Assembly: GCA_964650185.1 (NCBI GenBank)
Contig: CAZYRN010000001.1
Location: forward strand, 46,284 to 110,283
Length of the DNA: 64,000 nucleotides
Source of the DNA: an uncultured Pseudomonadales bacterium
Lineage (GTDB): Bacteria; Patescibacteriota; Microgenomatia; UBA1400; PJMF01
Direction of reading: 5' to 3'
Shown: positions 1-10,497 of the stretch, piece by piece
Numbering within the stretch: position 1 is the first letter of the stretch
Layout of the letters: every line of letters begins with the position of its first letter
The notes under the pieces: model-generated
What the model was told of the DNA's origin: nothing
The model's input: only the letters and a program-made list of their open reading frames with translations
The model's database searches: none
Program-made: the position numbers and the translations under genes

Positions 1-270
1 ATAAACAGGAGTGGGAACACAGATAATGTAGACATCTTGATTCTTAAGATCATGCTTGTTGCTGGTGACAATTACCTGGTTATGTTTAAGATACTGCTCA
101 ACATCTTTATCTTGAATTGAAGGTTTGCCGGACCTGATTTCATCAATCTTGTTTTGATTGATCTCATATCCAGTCACCTCATATTTATTGGCCTTATTTA
201 TGGCTATAAAAAGAGGCAATCCTACGTAACCCAGGCCTATCACCGCCACTTTTTCTATTTTCTTTAACAT
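1..270 (-). CDS. UDP-glucose/GDP-mannose 6-dehydrogenase family protein (N-terminal 90 aa only; gene runs off window start)
   Basis: Reverse-strand reading frame starts at ATG 268-270 and stays open to position 1. Translation is MLKKIEKVAVIGLGYVGLPLFIAINKAN..., a Rossmann GxGxxG NAD-binding N-terminus typical of nucleotide-sugar dehydrogenases. Confidence 0.7.
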   Translation of the reverse strand, partial: MLKKIEKVAVIGLGYVGLPLFIAINKANKYEVTGYEINQNKIDEIRSGKPSIQDKDVEQYLKHNQVIVTSNKHDLKNQDVYIICVPTPVY

Positions 271-325
271 AGAAACTCATTATAACCTTATTTCCCTACT
301 TTCTTAAGCTCTATCCGCCTCTTTC

Positions 326-1600
326 GTGTATACTGAAAAACAGATGAATCTCTCGGCTAAAAAATCTGCTTTATTGAACTCTACTGGCATAAAATTAATC
401 AGCTATTCTGTTATCGGCGATATGGCTGCGAGTTTAATGGGTGGTTTAGCAACTATTCTTATCTCAAGACGACTTGGCCCAGCCGGCTTTGGTCAGTTTA
501 GTGCTGGATTTGCCCTGACCCAAATCCTGGTCCGAGTTAATGACCTGGGTTTGAGTATGGCGACTACCAAGTTTATTGGTCAGTCAAAAGATAGACTACA
601 GCAGACATCATTCTATAGTCTGATTACTCGATACCGACTGATGCTAAGTGTGGTGATTGTTGCTTTGGGCCTGCTAGCAACAGGTTTTTTAGTCTCAGGT
701 GAGAATAAGACTATTTTAATGGCAGCAGTGGTAGTAACGCTGGCTACAGTTTATTTTGAACATCTTCGTTTTTCCCTCCAGGCTTTACAGTGGATTAAAC
801 AGTCCAGTGTGGCAAATGTGTTTCAGGGCATGATTAAGATGTTGGTGGCGAGCGCGGCTTTCTTTTCCCAAGGTATAAATGTTTTAGTTGTTTTTATGGC
901 ATATATGACTGCACCACTGGTACCTGTAATATTTCGGAGGTATTTTTCTCCAGCCTGGTTAAAAAATTCACTAGTTCAGATTAATTCTAAACAAAAATTT
1001 GCTGTTCACGGTTTTCTCAAACACTCAGCGGTAGCGGTGGTAAGTGCTGGAATTGTTGAAAATTTTGATGTCTTGCTGGCGGCATATTTTTTAAATGATT
1101 ATCAAACAGGCTTATTAGGAGGAGTGACAAAAATTGCGTTGTTTCTTTATATTATCGCTTACGCCATTGGTAATGTTCTTAATCCCAGAGTAGCCGGATA
1201 CACCAGGATTCAATTGAGAAGTTATTATAAGAAAGCTCTCGGCGTGTTAGTGATGGCTTTAGGTGGATTCTTGGTAGCATGGCCGTTAGCGCCATATTTA
1301 ATTACTTGGACAATCGGAGTCGAATATCTGCCTGCCCTAAATGTATTGAGAATTCTGTTGGCCTCTGGGTTCATAAGCATTGGTTTGATGCCGTTTCAAG
1401 CCATCTTCTACGCATTAACTAAAGACTGGTACTTTTCCTTAACTGGCCTGGCTCAAGTGTTGGTCATTGTCGGTGGCGGATTCCTTTTAACGCCAATATT
1501 TGGCATTGAGGGTTTGGCCTGGCTTAGACTGGCTTCAAGGGGAATGTTATTAGTGTTGGCATTGATGGGAAGTGGTTATTTCTTGAGTAAGAAAAATTAA
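326..1600 (+). CDS. Wzx/MOP-family polysaccharide biosynthesis exporter (flippase-like), polytopic membrane protein
   Basis: 424-aa ORF, hydrophobic throughout with about 12 predicted TM helices. The architecture matches oligosaccharide flippases. GTG start at 326; an alternative ATG lies at 344. Confidence 0.55.
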   Translation: MYTEKQMNLSAKKSALLNSTGIKLISYSVIGDMAASLMGGLATILISRRLGPAGFGQFSAGFALTQILVRVNDLGLSMATTKFIGQSKDRLQQTSFYSLITRYRLMLSVVIVALGLLATGFLVSGENKTILMAAVVVTLATVYFEHLRFSLQALQWIKQSSVANVFQGMIKMLVASAAFFSQGINVLVVFMAYMTAPLVPVIFRRYFSPAWLKNSLVQINSKQKFAVHGFLKHSAVAVVSAGIVENFDVLLAAYFLNDYQTGLLGGVTKIALFLYIIAYAIGNVLNPRVAGYTRIQLRSYYKKALGVLVMALGGFLVAWPLAPYLITWTIGVEYLPALNVLRILLASGFISIGLMPFQAIFYALTKDWYFSLTGLAQVLVIVGGGFLLTPIFGIEGLAWLRLASRGMLLVLALMGSGYFLSKKN

Positions 1601-2508
1601 CCCCACAGCTCCACAAAATAATCCACCGTTCTTCTTATTCCAGTCGTGAAGTCCACTTCTGCTGACCAGCCCAACTCTCTTTTAGCTTTACTGGCATCGG
1701 CGGTTAAGACTAAAGGATCTCCTGGGCGGGGGTCAAAGTGCTTAATATGGGGTTCTTTTTCTAAGGCGGTGGCAATGGTGGTAATGACATCCATCACTGA
1801 TTCCGGATGCTCTGTAGATAAATTTAAATAGTGATACTGCTGTGGCTCCCGCTCTATTAGTTCCAATGCCCGCAGGTGAGCACTGACAATATCATCTATG
1901 TAAACGTAATCACGCTCATGCTCGCCGCTGCCCCACACTGTCACCACATCTTCTTCATAAATTTGTTTAATAAATCGCGGAATGGCGTGTGTTTCCGGCT
2001 GATGATGCTCTTCCGGCCCATACAGATTAAAGTAACGCAGCGCCACACCGGTCATGCCGGCTGTTTCGACATATGATCTCAGCAAACCTTCCATCGCCAG
2101 CTTAGTCATGCCATAGGGATTAATCGGCAGTGTTCGATCGTCTTCTTCAATTGGCACCTTAACTGGTTCGCCATAGATAGCAGCACTTGATGAGAAAATG
2201 AACGTTTTTAGGCCATTTAAGCGCATCGCCTCCAAGACAGAAACTGTTCCTGAGATGTTGTAATCGACATATTTTTGCGGTTGCTCGACGGACTCGCCCG
2301 CTTCTATCAAAGATGCTAAATGAAAGACCACGTCCGCGTCTGCAATTAACTCCATCATTTTAGCCGCGTCACGCACGTCAGCGATGATGGTGTCAAATTC
2401 TGGGTTCACTTTTAAATCAATGATTTTCAGCTCGTGACCCGCTTGGGTTAAAGCTCTGCATAAATGTCTGCCTAAAAATCCGGCTCCGCCAGTGACGATA
2501 ATGCGCAT
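1597..2508 (-). CDS. NAD-dependent epimerase/dehydratase (UDP-sugar 4-epimerase GalE-like)
   Basis: N-terminal MRIIVTGGAGFLGRHL (GxxGxxG) and a YxxxK-region / YFNLYGP typical of short-chain-dehydrogenase-type sugar epimerases. 303 aa. Confidence 0.8.
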   Translation of the reverse strand: MRIIVTGGAGFLGRHLCRALTQAGHELKIIDLKVNPEFDTIIADVRDAAKMMELIADADVVFHLASLIEAGESVEQPQKYVDYNISGTVSVLEAMRLNGLKTFIFSSSAAIYGEPVKVPIEEDDRTLPINPYGMTKLAMEGLLRSYVETAGMTGVALRYFNLYGPEEHHQPETHAIPRFIKQIYEEDVVTVWGSGEHERDYVYIDDIVSAHLRALELIEREPQQYHYLNLSTEHPESVMDVITTIATALEKEPHIKHFDPRPGDPLVLTADASKAKRELGWSAEVDFTTGIRRTVDYFVELWG

Positions 2509-2545
2509 ATATTTCCTATCTGTGTATTGCCGCGGCTGGCGGCTG

Positions 2546-3748
2546 TTATGCTACCCAGTATCCTTGAATAAATAGTATTGTATTAAAGATTAGCCAGAAT
2601 GTCGAAAGGACTAACCAGATGATGGCAAGACGGCGGCGCTGCTGGAGTAATTGAGTCATCAAGAGAAAGATGGCGAAGCTGCCCAATAAATAGCGCGGCA
2701 GACTCGAGAAGGTGCCGGTGAGAGTGGGGAGAATGAAGGCGAGGGCGCTAAAGATGACGTAGCTGCGGCGGACTTTGAACCAAGCCCAGATCAGAGCAAT
2801 GGTGCCAAACACACCGGCGAGAAATTCCTGAACATAAGCAAAATACTTTAAATCAATTGGACGAGCGGTTGCTAGAATTTTTAAATATCTCCAAATTACT
2901 TGAGGCAATAAAATAATAGTTTCTTGTCTTCCCGCACCAAATTCCTCTTGAACGTGAAAAAAGTATAGTGGATCGTTAAAAACAATTTTTAAATAAACCA
3001 TATAAGCAATTAAACCAGAGGCACCCATAATAATTATTAATATGTTCTTGTAGTTAGACTTTATAAAGCCGGGAAAATCTACATTTTTGAATAAATATTT
3101 TTGCTCCATAAGTTCCCATACAAGAGCTGGCACAAGAAATACTCCAGTAATTCTAGTTGCAGAAGCTAAAATGGTTAAAAGTGAGGCAGTTAGCCATCTT
3201 CCTTTTTTAGCTTCAATAAAGCACGATAAAACAAAGAATAAAAACATGGCTTCGGTATAAAGTGCATTGAAAAAAAGAGCCGTTGGAAATAAAAACAAAA
3301 CAAGAGTTCCAGTCCACTTTGGAAGTCCTTCAAGCTTTAGAAGATGTTGCCATTTGTATAGAAGGGCCAATGTAAATACAGACGATATTATAAAAAAGGA
3401 TATTTCGAAATGATTAAAAATGAAATTAATGATTCTTAATAATAAAGGGAAAAGTGGAAAAAATGCTTGAATTAATCCAGTTCCCAGATAACCCTTTTTA
3501 GCAATTATTAAATAATGAACACCATCAAAATTCATCCATGAGTATATAGGTTGCGGTAAACTTAAGTTAGCAAGTAATTCAGGATTTGAAAAAGTTGGAC
3601 TGTAAGGAATAAAGATTGACGCTAAAAATGCTGCAATCATTAGTCCAAACTTCCAGGATAGATAGAAACCCAATCGTTGGCCAAAGATCCTCACCAGACC
3701 ATAAAATAGAATTCCGAAGAAAATGATTCCAGAAACACTATTCCCCAC
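2546..3748 (-). CDS. Integral-membrane GT-C type glycosyltransferase, PIG-V/GPI-mannosyltransferase-like
   Basis: 400 aa and polytopic. The motif region NFDGVHYLIIAKKGY...AFFPLFPLLL resembles the PIG-V (GT76) mannosyltransferase family. Confidence 0.45.
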   Translation of the reverse strand: MGNSVSGIIFFGILFYGLVRIFGQRLGFYLSWKFGLMIAAFLASIFIPYSPTFSNPELLANLSLPQPIYSWMNFDGVHYLIIAKKGYLGTGLIQAFFPLFPLLLRIINFIFNHFEISFFIISSVFTLALLYKWQHLLKLEGLPKWTGTLVLFLFPTALFFNALYTEAMFLFFVLSCFIEAKKGRWLTASLLTILASATRITGVFLVPALVWELMEQKYLFKNVDFPGFIKSNYKNILIIIMGASGLIAYMVYLKIVFNDPLYFFHVQEEFGAGRQETIILLPQVIWRYLKILATARPIDLKYFAYVQEFLAGVFGTIALIWAWFKVRRSYVIFSALAFILPTLTGTFSSLPRYLLGSFAIFLLMTQLLQQRRRLAIIWLVLSTFWLIFNTILFIQGYWVA

Positions 3749-3820
3749 CAGTCTCGGCCAGGTTTTCTGGGTAAACTGGGATTTAACTTCATAATTGCCT
3801 GGTTCAAGTTGATAAGCTAG

Positions 3821-5377
3821 CTATCCACCAATCTTATCATTATTGATGTAACTAGCTGGAAAGGTCTGATTTGTATCTTTATCTTTAATGTTGGTTTCCC
3901 AGCCGGCAAAATTCATGGTTGGCTCAATGATGGTGGCAGGCTTATCTACTTGAACTTGATAATGACGTGACGAACCCTGCCAGCGCAGAACCTGAATGTT
4001 AGCGCCTCGATCTTCTTCTAATACAGAGGGGACAGGCTGCCAATCCCGTATCTGATAATCATACCCAACTGGCGTGTTCTCATTTAAAGTTGTGCTGCTT
4101 TGGGTAAATGAGTCGTAATCTAGATTTGTCCGGTGAAAATAATCAATCGGTTTGGCTCGCCAGTGGCCAATCAGCTGAATTATGAGTAACAGCAGCCACA
4201 GCCAGCGGCCTTTAGCCGGTGTTTGCCGCCAAACCCAGACCATCACTGGCACAATAAGTACTGAGAAAAATAATGTTAGTCGCCAGGGAAACTGAATGTA
4301 ATTTGCCAGTGGGATCAACTGCCAGAGGGGGGTAGTGAAAGCTAGCTGAAATAAAATTAAAAGCAACGTTAAAATTACTACCACCCAAAGCCAGGAAAAT
4401 TTCCAATCTGATCGTTTATTAAAAAATCTCACGATCATTAAGACCAGAGCCACCAGCAACATCGTCCACTGAAGTAAGCCCATGCCAAAAGAAAGTCCAT
4501 CTACTGACCCCGGATAAGAAAAACCAAATCGAAGTGGTGCAAACAAAAGTTGTGACCAAGTCGCAAAATGACGCGTAAACTCATTTGATAGATTTGCCTG
4601 ATCTAGAACCACTAAGGATTTCTCTGCCAAAGCTGGTAGCCAAAACCATAACGAAAGCGCTAGGCCGCTCAAAATCATCCCACCTAATGACAACCAACTG
4701 CGCCAGTTTTTGCTCAGCCGCAGTGAAGCATAAAGCAAGATGATACCCATGCCAAATAAAACCGCCACATTATGTGATAAGAAAAACAAACCAAACAGCA
4801 GTGTCGGCCAAATCAACTTTGGCCAGTTTCGCCACTTTCGTAAATCCATCTGCCACTCGCCTGCTCTCACCTGCTCTACCAGCCGCAGCAGCCAGGGTAA
4901 AAAGGCCATCGCCATCACCTCGCCAATGCTGCCGCGATAAATAATCGCCGTCAATAAATAAGGAGATAATGAAAAAAAGACTAATCCCAGCCATCTTTCA
5001 TAAAATTTAAACTGCCATGATTTAAGCCACTCATTCATTCCCCACAAGCCAAAAACTAGAAATCCCACCACCAGCAGTTTAAAAGTTAGTTCATAACTAA
5101 CACCCGCGATTGAAAATGGTAAACTCAAGATGTTTGCTAGTGGATAGTTATAGTTAAAGACCGGGTAGCCATAGTGATTGACTAGATTGGGGGCAAAACG
5201 AGGCGGAATTTGACCTTCCCTTACGGCCACCTTGTAGTTAGCAAATCTAGCTAAATGATTTTCACCATCATGAGTATAAGGAAAGCCAGCGTGAAAATAA
5301 TCATTCACATTCAACAGCGTCAGCAATAATATAAAAATTAAGAGTGGAAATTTGGCAAGAAAAGACAGCAATTTCAT
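3821..5377 (-). CDS. Large polytopic membrane protein, GT-C-like (PTPS-related/uncharacterised glycosyltransferase family)
   Basis: 518 aa with N-terminal FHAGFPYTHDGENHLARFANY followed by more than 10 TM helices. Its start overlaps the upstream gene's stop (ATGA). Confidence 0.35.
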   Translation of the reverse strand: MKLLSFLAKFPLLIFILLLTLLNVNDYFHAGFPYTHDGENHLARFANYKVAVREGQIPPRFAPNLVNHYGYPVFNYNYPLANILSLPFSIAGVSYELTFKLLVVGFLVFGLWGMNEWLKSWQFKFYERWLGLVFFSLSPYLLTAIIYRGSIGEVMAMAFLPWLLRLVEQVRAGEWQMDLRKWRNWPKLIWPTLLFGLFFLSHNVAVLFGMGIILLYASLRLSKNWRSWLSLGGMILSGLALSLWFWLPALAEKSLVVLDQANLSNEFTRHFATWSQLLFAPLRFGFSYPGSVDGLSFGMGLLQWTMLLVALVLMIVRFFNKRSDWKFSWLWVVVILTLLLILFQLAFTTPLWQLIPLANYIQFPWRLTLFFSVLIVPVMVWVWRQTPAKGRWLWLLLLIIQLIGHWRAKPIDYFHRTNLDYDSFTQSSTTLNENTPVGYDYQIRDWQPVPSVLEEDRGANIQVLRWQGSSRHYQVQVDKPATIIEPTMNFAGWETNIKDKDTNQTFPASYINNDKIGG

Positions 5378-6420
5378 GGAGTTAACACTTGCTGATATAC
5401 TTTCATCGTTTGTTTGGCAGTTTTCAGCCAGCTAAACTGCTGACTCCACTGATAGGCAGCTCTCACTTTTTCCGCCCGCTTCGTTTTGGACCAACTCAGT
5501 ACTTTTTCGACCCCTTGAGCAATTGACTCTGCGTCAGTTTCTGTGAAAACTGCATGCTCGCCACCAACTTCAATTAATGAAGAGGTGTTAGTCGCTACAA
5601 CTGGCGTCATGCATTGCATCGCCTCTAAAACCGGCAAGCCAAAGCCTTCATATAAAGAAGGCTGGATATAACATAAGGCGCCAGTATAAAAGGCGCTCAG
5701 TTCATCAGTTTCGCCGCTCTGCAGATCAGGCACAAACTTAACTTTATCTGCCACATCGCTGAGCGCCAGCTGGGTTTCAATCCACTGCCACTCTGGAATC
5801 TCTTGTTCTTGAAAGCCCTGACCGACACAAACCAGTTTAGTATGCCGCGGCAGATATCTGACCGCTTTAATTAATTGAGGAATGTTTTTGTTGTAATTTA
5901 TATCGCCCACATACAACACATAATTTTTGGGTAGTTGATACTTGCGCTTCACTGACCTGACCTCATCTTCACTTGCATATTTCAGAGCTGGGTTTGCTGC
6001 TAACTGAATGACGTGAATTCTATCCTGATCAACGCCTAGGTGTTCAATGATATCTGACTTAGATGCCGCTGAATCAGTGATGACCGCCTGAACAGTTTTT
6101 AGAGCAGCTTTTTGTTTAATAAATTTAGCTTTACCTTTGATACCCGGTGGATAATGTTCTGGAAACTTAAGAGGAATGACGTCGTGAACAGTGACCACCG
6201 TCGGCTGCCTTCTCACCATGGGTAAGGTAGAAAAAAACAAATCAAAGTAGGGATAATGAATTAAATCAGGCTGGAACTGGTCTGCTTCCTGCGTACCGGA
6301 GCGAACAATTTGATGATCGTTTAGTTCTTCTAAGAATTGCACCAGCAATCTGGTATAAGCACCAATACCTCTAATCGCATGACCTGTATCGAGGGGAGAA
6401 GTATCAATTAGTATTTTCAT
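5374..6420 (-). CDS. Glycosyltransferase family 4 (GT-B, retaining 'group 1' glycosyltransferase)
   Basis: C-terminal EGFGLPVLEAMQCMTPVVATNTSSLIEV (EX7E motif). 348 aa. Ends with TGA overlapping the next gene's ATG. Confidence 0.8.
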   Translation of the reverse strand: MKILIDTSPLDTGHAIRGIGAYTRLLVQFLEELNDHQIVRSGTQEADQFQPDLIHYPYFDLFFSTLPMVRRQPTVVTVHDVIPLKFPEHYPPGIKGKAKFIKQKAALKTVQAVITDSAASKSDIIEHLGVDQDRIHVIQLAANPALKYASEDEVRSVKRKYQLPKNYVLYVGDINYNKNIPQLIKAVRYLPRHTKLVCVGQGFQEQEIPEWQWIETQLALSDVADKVKFVPDLQSGETDELSAFYTGALCYIQPSLYEGFGLPVLEAMQCMTPVVATNTSSLIEVGGEHAVFTETDAESIAQGVEKVLSWSKTKRAEKVRAAYQWSQQFSWLKTAKQTMKVYQQVLTP

Positions 6421-6423
6421 AAA

Positions 6424-7203
6424 TTAGGCAGGCTGATGTTGGAGCTCCCACAACTTCAAGTATGACATAGGAAAGTAAAGTGCGCTCATGACGCTGAAAA
6501 TAAAACCAGCTACTCCATCTACGAAGCCTTTGTGGCGGAAGAAGAGTAGGGTAAAAGTTTTAAGTGGCTGCCAGATCATAAACTTGATGGTGTTGCTGGC
6601 ATTTACAGATGTTTTGCTCTCAGCTAACTGCTGCGCTTTAAAAGAAGTATAGGTATTCCATTTGCGTAAGTAATCCTGAAAACTGGGGTTGGCGTAGTGA
6701 ATTAGGTGACCTTCTGCCCAAGCCACTTCGCCGTCAACTTGCATTTGCTCATGCACATCCTGCTGAGGCAGTTTGGCTTGGCCATTAATAAAAAGTCTAA
6801 TAACAGGATCTGGATATTGGCCAGTCTTTTTGAAAAAGTGACCTAAAAATAGATTCTTTCGTTTTAGATACCAAGCAACTGGGCCCTGATAATCTGCAGC
6901 CGTAATCAAACGATGCACATGACTAATAAACTTCTTCAGCTCTTCATCAACTACTTCATCGGCATCCAGCTGCAGTACTAGCTCTCCCTTGGCTTTATCC
7001 ATCGCCATTTGCTTGTTAATGTGAAAGTTGGGTTTGTTGGTGGTGGTAATGACTCTGGCACCGTACTTTTTGGCAATCTCCTGAGTTCGATCTGTTGAAC
7101 TGCCATCAACAACCACGATCTCATCAGCCAGTTTTGTCACTGCCTCTAAACAACGACCAATATTTGCTTCCTCATTATAAGTAGCTAAAACAACGCTGAT
7201 CAT
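6424..7203 (-). CDS. Glycosyltransferase family 2, polyprenyl-phosphate sugar synthase-like (DPM1/ArnC-like)
   Basis: MISVVLATYNEEANIGRCLEAV...VVDGSSTDRTQEIAKKYG...LDADE: the classic GT2-A N-terminus with a DxD motif. 259 aa. Confidence 0.8.
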   Translation of the reverse strand: MISVVLATYNEEANIGRCLEAVTKLADEIVVVDGSSTDRTQEIAKKYGARVITTTNKPNFHINKQMAMDKAKGELVLQLDADEVVDEELKKFISHVHRLITAADYQGPVAWYLKRKNLFLGHFFKKTGQYPDPVIRLFINGQAKLPQQDVHEQMQVDGEVAWAEGHLIHYANPSFQDYLRKWNTYTSFKAQQLAESKTSVNASNTIKFMIWQPLKTFTLLFFRHKGFVDGVAGFIFSVMSALYFPMSYLKLWELQHQPA

Positions 7204-7207
7204 ATGC

Positions 7208-8800
7208 TTAATATTCTCCTCTTTGCCACTGCTGGCCGTTCCAGTAAATTAGGACGCTTTCTTTCTCCTGGCGATCCTCTGCTTCGGCAATAAAGTGATA
7301 GCGACCAACTCGCTCGCCATAACTAAAGCCTATTCTATCAGGGAGCTGCCTGATGTTGGAGTCATGAAACTCTGCCGGCGGCACTCGCAGGTACCACGCC
7401 AGCAAAATGTATTGATAACCCTCGGGATCTACTATCGCCACTTCTTGGTTGGGGTAGTCTTGGGCAGTAGCTTGAATAATTTGATCAAATCCGGGTTTAA
7501 ATGGTTTTTGCTGCAGTGGATATTGAGTAAAGTACTGCCAGAAATAGTTAAGACTTGCCGCCAAATAAATACTGCCCACCAGGCCAATTAATGCGTATTT
7601 TTTAACATACGAGTGTTTGAGAAAGTAATAATAGAGTTCTTGCAACCCGATGACAGCCATCACCACCATCAGTACCATAAAAAATAAACTCCGCGTCGCG
7701 TGTGGTGCATCAACTGTAATCAGGGCTGGAATCAAGGAGCACAATAGTAAAAACAAGAGCCCAATATTTTTCACCAACAGCTGTTTTTGATCCAATTTCA
7801 ACAATCGCCATTGTTTTTTAAGCATTAATTTAATTGATTGAATTACCAGGCTGAAAATACCCCAAACAGACAGGAAATAAATCGGGAGCGTCAAGTGACC
7901 TAATCTCGGGATGCTGTGCCAAGGATGACCGCCAGCTCCGGTCAGTAAAAAGCTTGGCATAAAACTCGCCACTAAGTTCCTAGCCATCACTTGAAAATAA
8001 TAAACATATTTATTGCCTAAGATAGTTTGCCACACACCGTCAAACTGCGTTCGATAATTAATCGTTTCCTGCCAAACGGACTCATCTTGAAAGATAGTAA
8101 TACCGCTTTTTTGGGCAGACAACGATAGCAGCTGGTAGCCTGCCAATCCACCAATTAAGATTATCCCCACCATCACCCGTAGCCAGTTTTGCTGATGAGC
8201 TATCCGCCATCCGAGAATAAACAACAGCACAAAAGGTAACAATATTAAAGGGGTGTTGTAGGTAAAAACAGCCAATAATAAGAGGATTAAACCAACAAAA
8301 TCTGCTAGTAATCGGTCGGAATTAATCAAAATAGTAATCGCTCCCAAAAACAATGCTAATGCCAGCATCGCCTCAAAAGCCATCCGTGAAAAGAAAAATA
8401 AGACTGGGGTGCTGCCGATGAAAAATGCTAAGAGCAGAGACCATTTCCGACTAAAGTTTAAGCCTCGCCCAAAAAAGTACCCAATCAAAACTAAAGCACT
8501 GCCGGCCAAGGCAGCTGGCAGCCTGACTACCCAATCATTTAAGCCGAATACCTTTAAAAGTGGGATTAAACTAAAAATATAACCTGGCAATTTGTAATCG
8601 CCAAATGACTCATATGTTAATGGCCACTCTCGTCCCCACTCATCTCGGCCAGTTTCCAGTAATGAGTAGGCGTTATATGCTAAAGCAGCCTCATCACGGT
8701 TGAGAATTTGTGGTAAAGAGCCAAGTTGAAATAATCTCAAAGCAAAGCTGATCACCACTATAAAGATTAATAATAGCTTCGTCGTATGTTTACTTAGCAT
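7208..8800 (-). CDS. ArnT/PMT-like GT-C glycosyltransferase (GT39/GT83 family), paralog 1 of 4
   Basis: N-terminal loop motif NRDEAALAYNAYSLLETGRDEWGREWP...FGDYKLPGYIF (the DE motif plus GDYK) and more than 10 TM helices. Confidence 0.7.
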   Translation of the reverse strand: MLSKHTTKLLLIFIVVISFALRLFQLGSLPQILNRDEAALAYNAYSLLETGRDEWGREWPLTYESFGDYKLPGYIFSLIPLLKVFGLNDWVVRLPAALAGSALVLIGYFFGRGLNFSRKWSLLLAFFIGSTPVLFFFSRMAFEAMLALALFLGAITILINSDRLLADFVGLILLLLAVFTYNTPLILLPFVLLFILGWRIAHQQNWLRVMVGIILIGGLAGYQLLSLSAQKSGITIFQDESVWQETINYRTQFDGVWQTILGNKYVYYFQVMARNLVASFMPSFLLTGAGGHPWHSIPRLGHLTLPIYFLSVWGIFSLVIQSIKLMLKKQWRLLKLDQKQLLVKNIGLLFLLLCSLIPALITVDAPHATRSLFFMVLMVVMAVIGLQELYYYFLKHSYVKKYALIGLVGSIYLAASLNYFWQYFTQYPLQQKPFKPGFDQIIQATAQDYPNQEVAIVDPEGYQYILLAWYLRVPPAEFHDSNIRQLPDRIGFSYGERVGRYHFIAEAEDRQEKESVLIYWNGQQWQRGEY

Positions 8801-8809
8801 TGCTCATCA

Positions 8810-10495
8810 TTATAGCGGCTTAATGTGAATAATCTGATAGTCAGCACCATTATTACCATAAAAATCCTTTGCTCTCACCACCTCAAGTTCACCAGCTTTT
8901 GCTTCAAGACGTTCTCTAATCTTGTTTGGACTATCAATTAAAACCACCCCATTTTCCATCTCGGCAAAATTTTTCCATTTATAAGGAGTTGTGTGGTATT
9001 TTTGAAAGGTTTTCAAATGAAAATTACTGGATTGCAGTTGTTGAATTTCTGCACCCGTATAATCGCCGTAGGCTAGAATCCACAAATAAAGCTTGTCATC
9101 CACTCCCGATAAATAAACTTCATCAGCCTGATCATGATATTCCTCTAAAGTTATGGCCATCTCTCGGTAATTCTGTTGCCAATCAGGAGCAGACTTTTCC
9201 GGGTAAATATTGAAGTAGTACCAGAAAAACTCACCAGCCATGATTAGCCAGATAAGTCCTAGTAAGATAGTTACTCGCCGCCATTTTAACCAAAAATAAC
9301 TGATTCCAGAGCTGATGATAATTGCTAATGGCACCAAACCATTCAGTGATCTCAGTGCATGCGGAGTAGTTTCTGGTACAGCAGCAGGAATCAGGGCAGC
9401 CAACCACCAACAAATTAAAATTATGCTAACTCGGCGCTGTTTATTAAATAACTGATAAAGCCCAGCGATGAAAAACGGTAGCAGTGGTAACAAAAATAAG
9501 CCATGTTCTCCAGTGCCGTGACGTAGATTGCTATCACCACTCACAAAGAGATAATTAAGACTCAGATGATCAAAAACATTATTAGCTAACTCTCTTAATA
9601 ACAACAAATGCCGGTGAAAGAAAAAGCGATCTATTATGCTTTCTCCTGCCAGTTGGCGGTAAATATTACTCGTTAAAGGATAATTGAAATAATTTAGGAC
9701 TGAGTTAGTGACATATCTAAAAACCTGAGATTCATGGTAAAACTCTGATTTAATCATCGGAAGCAGTCCTAATCCAAAAATTACTAACGGCAAGACGAGG
9801 TGTAAACCAATTTGTGATATCGTCGCTCTAAGAGTTAACTTTTTTCTTTTAGCCAAAAGTATTTTTGGCAGCAGCCAGCTTAAACCCACCCCCACTAAAA
9901 CCACCGGCCACACAAATCTCACCGAGAAATAGGTATAGGTAGCCAAAATACCAAAGAAAGTGCCGCCTAAAAGCCAGCCTAAGTGCCGTCTGCTTTTGAG
10001 CAGCATCCAGACTGAGATACTGAACCAAAGCTGGGCCACATGTCCTTCGAAAGCTGTCCGAGAAAACATCATCGCCCACGGCGATAAAGCTAATACCAGC
10101 ATGGTCATCAGTTGGGTGCGGCGTTCATTAAATAACTGCCGAGCAATTAGACCACCCATGAACACTGTGCCCAATCCAGCTAAGGCACTTGGTAATCTTA
10201 ATGCCCACTCAGTAACGCCGAATAATTTAACACTGACAGATGCCAACCAGATATAAACTGGCAGCTTGTAATCTCCATAAGAAGGATATAGCAACTGGTA
10301 CCAAGACCGACCATGCATATCTGCCCCTGTTTGACTAACCGTTTTTGCATCTACCAGCATCGCTGCTTCATCCCAATATAATGAAGTTGGTACCTGACCC
10401 AGCTGATAAAACCTGGTCGCGATCGCGATAATTATGACAACGGCAAAACTTAGCTGCCACCGATATTTTTGAAAAAAATGTTTCATCATTTTCAT
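8810..10495 (-). CDS. ArnT/PMT-like GT-C glycosyltransferase, paralog 2 of 4
   Basis: YWDEAAMLVDAKTVSQTGADMHGRSW...YGDYKLPVYIW. Same architecture as the neighbouring paralogs. 561 aa. Confidence 0.7.
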   Translation of the reverse strand: MKMMKHFFQKYRWQLSFAVVIIIAIATRFYQLGQVPTSLYWDEAAMLVDAKTVSQTGADMHGRSWYQLLYPSYGDYKLPVYIWLASVSVKLFGVTEWALRLPSALAGLGTVFMGGLIARQLFNERRTQLMTMLVLALSPWAMMFSRTAFEGHVAQLWFSISVWMLLKSRRHLGWLLGGTFFGILATYTYFSVRFVWPVVLVGVGLSWLLPKILLAKRKKLTLRATISQIGLHLVLPLVIFGLGLLPMIKSEFYHESQVFRYVTNSVLNYFNYPLTSNIYRQLAGESIIDRFFFHRHLLLLRELANNVFDHLSLNYLFVSGDSNLRHGTGEHGLFLLPLLPFFIAGLYQLFNKQRRVSIILICWWLAALIPAAVPETTPHALRSLNGLVPLAIIISSGISYFWLKWRRVTILLGLIWLIMAGEFFWYYFNIYPEKSAPDWQQNYREMAITLEEYHDQADEVYLSGVDDKLYLWILAYGDYTGAEIQQLQSSNFHLKTFQKYHTTPYKWKNFAEMENGVVLIDSPNKIRERLEAKAGELEVVRAKDFYGNNGADYQIIHIKPL

Positions 10496-10497
10496 AT

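Noticed and set aside
1646-2076. Plus-strand ORFs 1646..1831 and 1876..2076
   Set aside because: They are antisense to the well-supported epimerase gene, with no start context. The same applies to the other short antisense ORFs in the track (e.g. 4212..4406, 8926..9213, 11351..11638, 16806..16988, 29682..30065, 33391..34167, 62773..63042).
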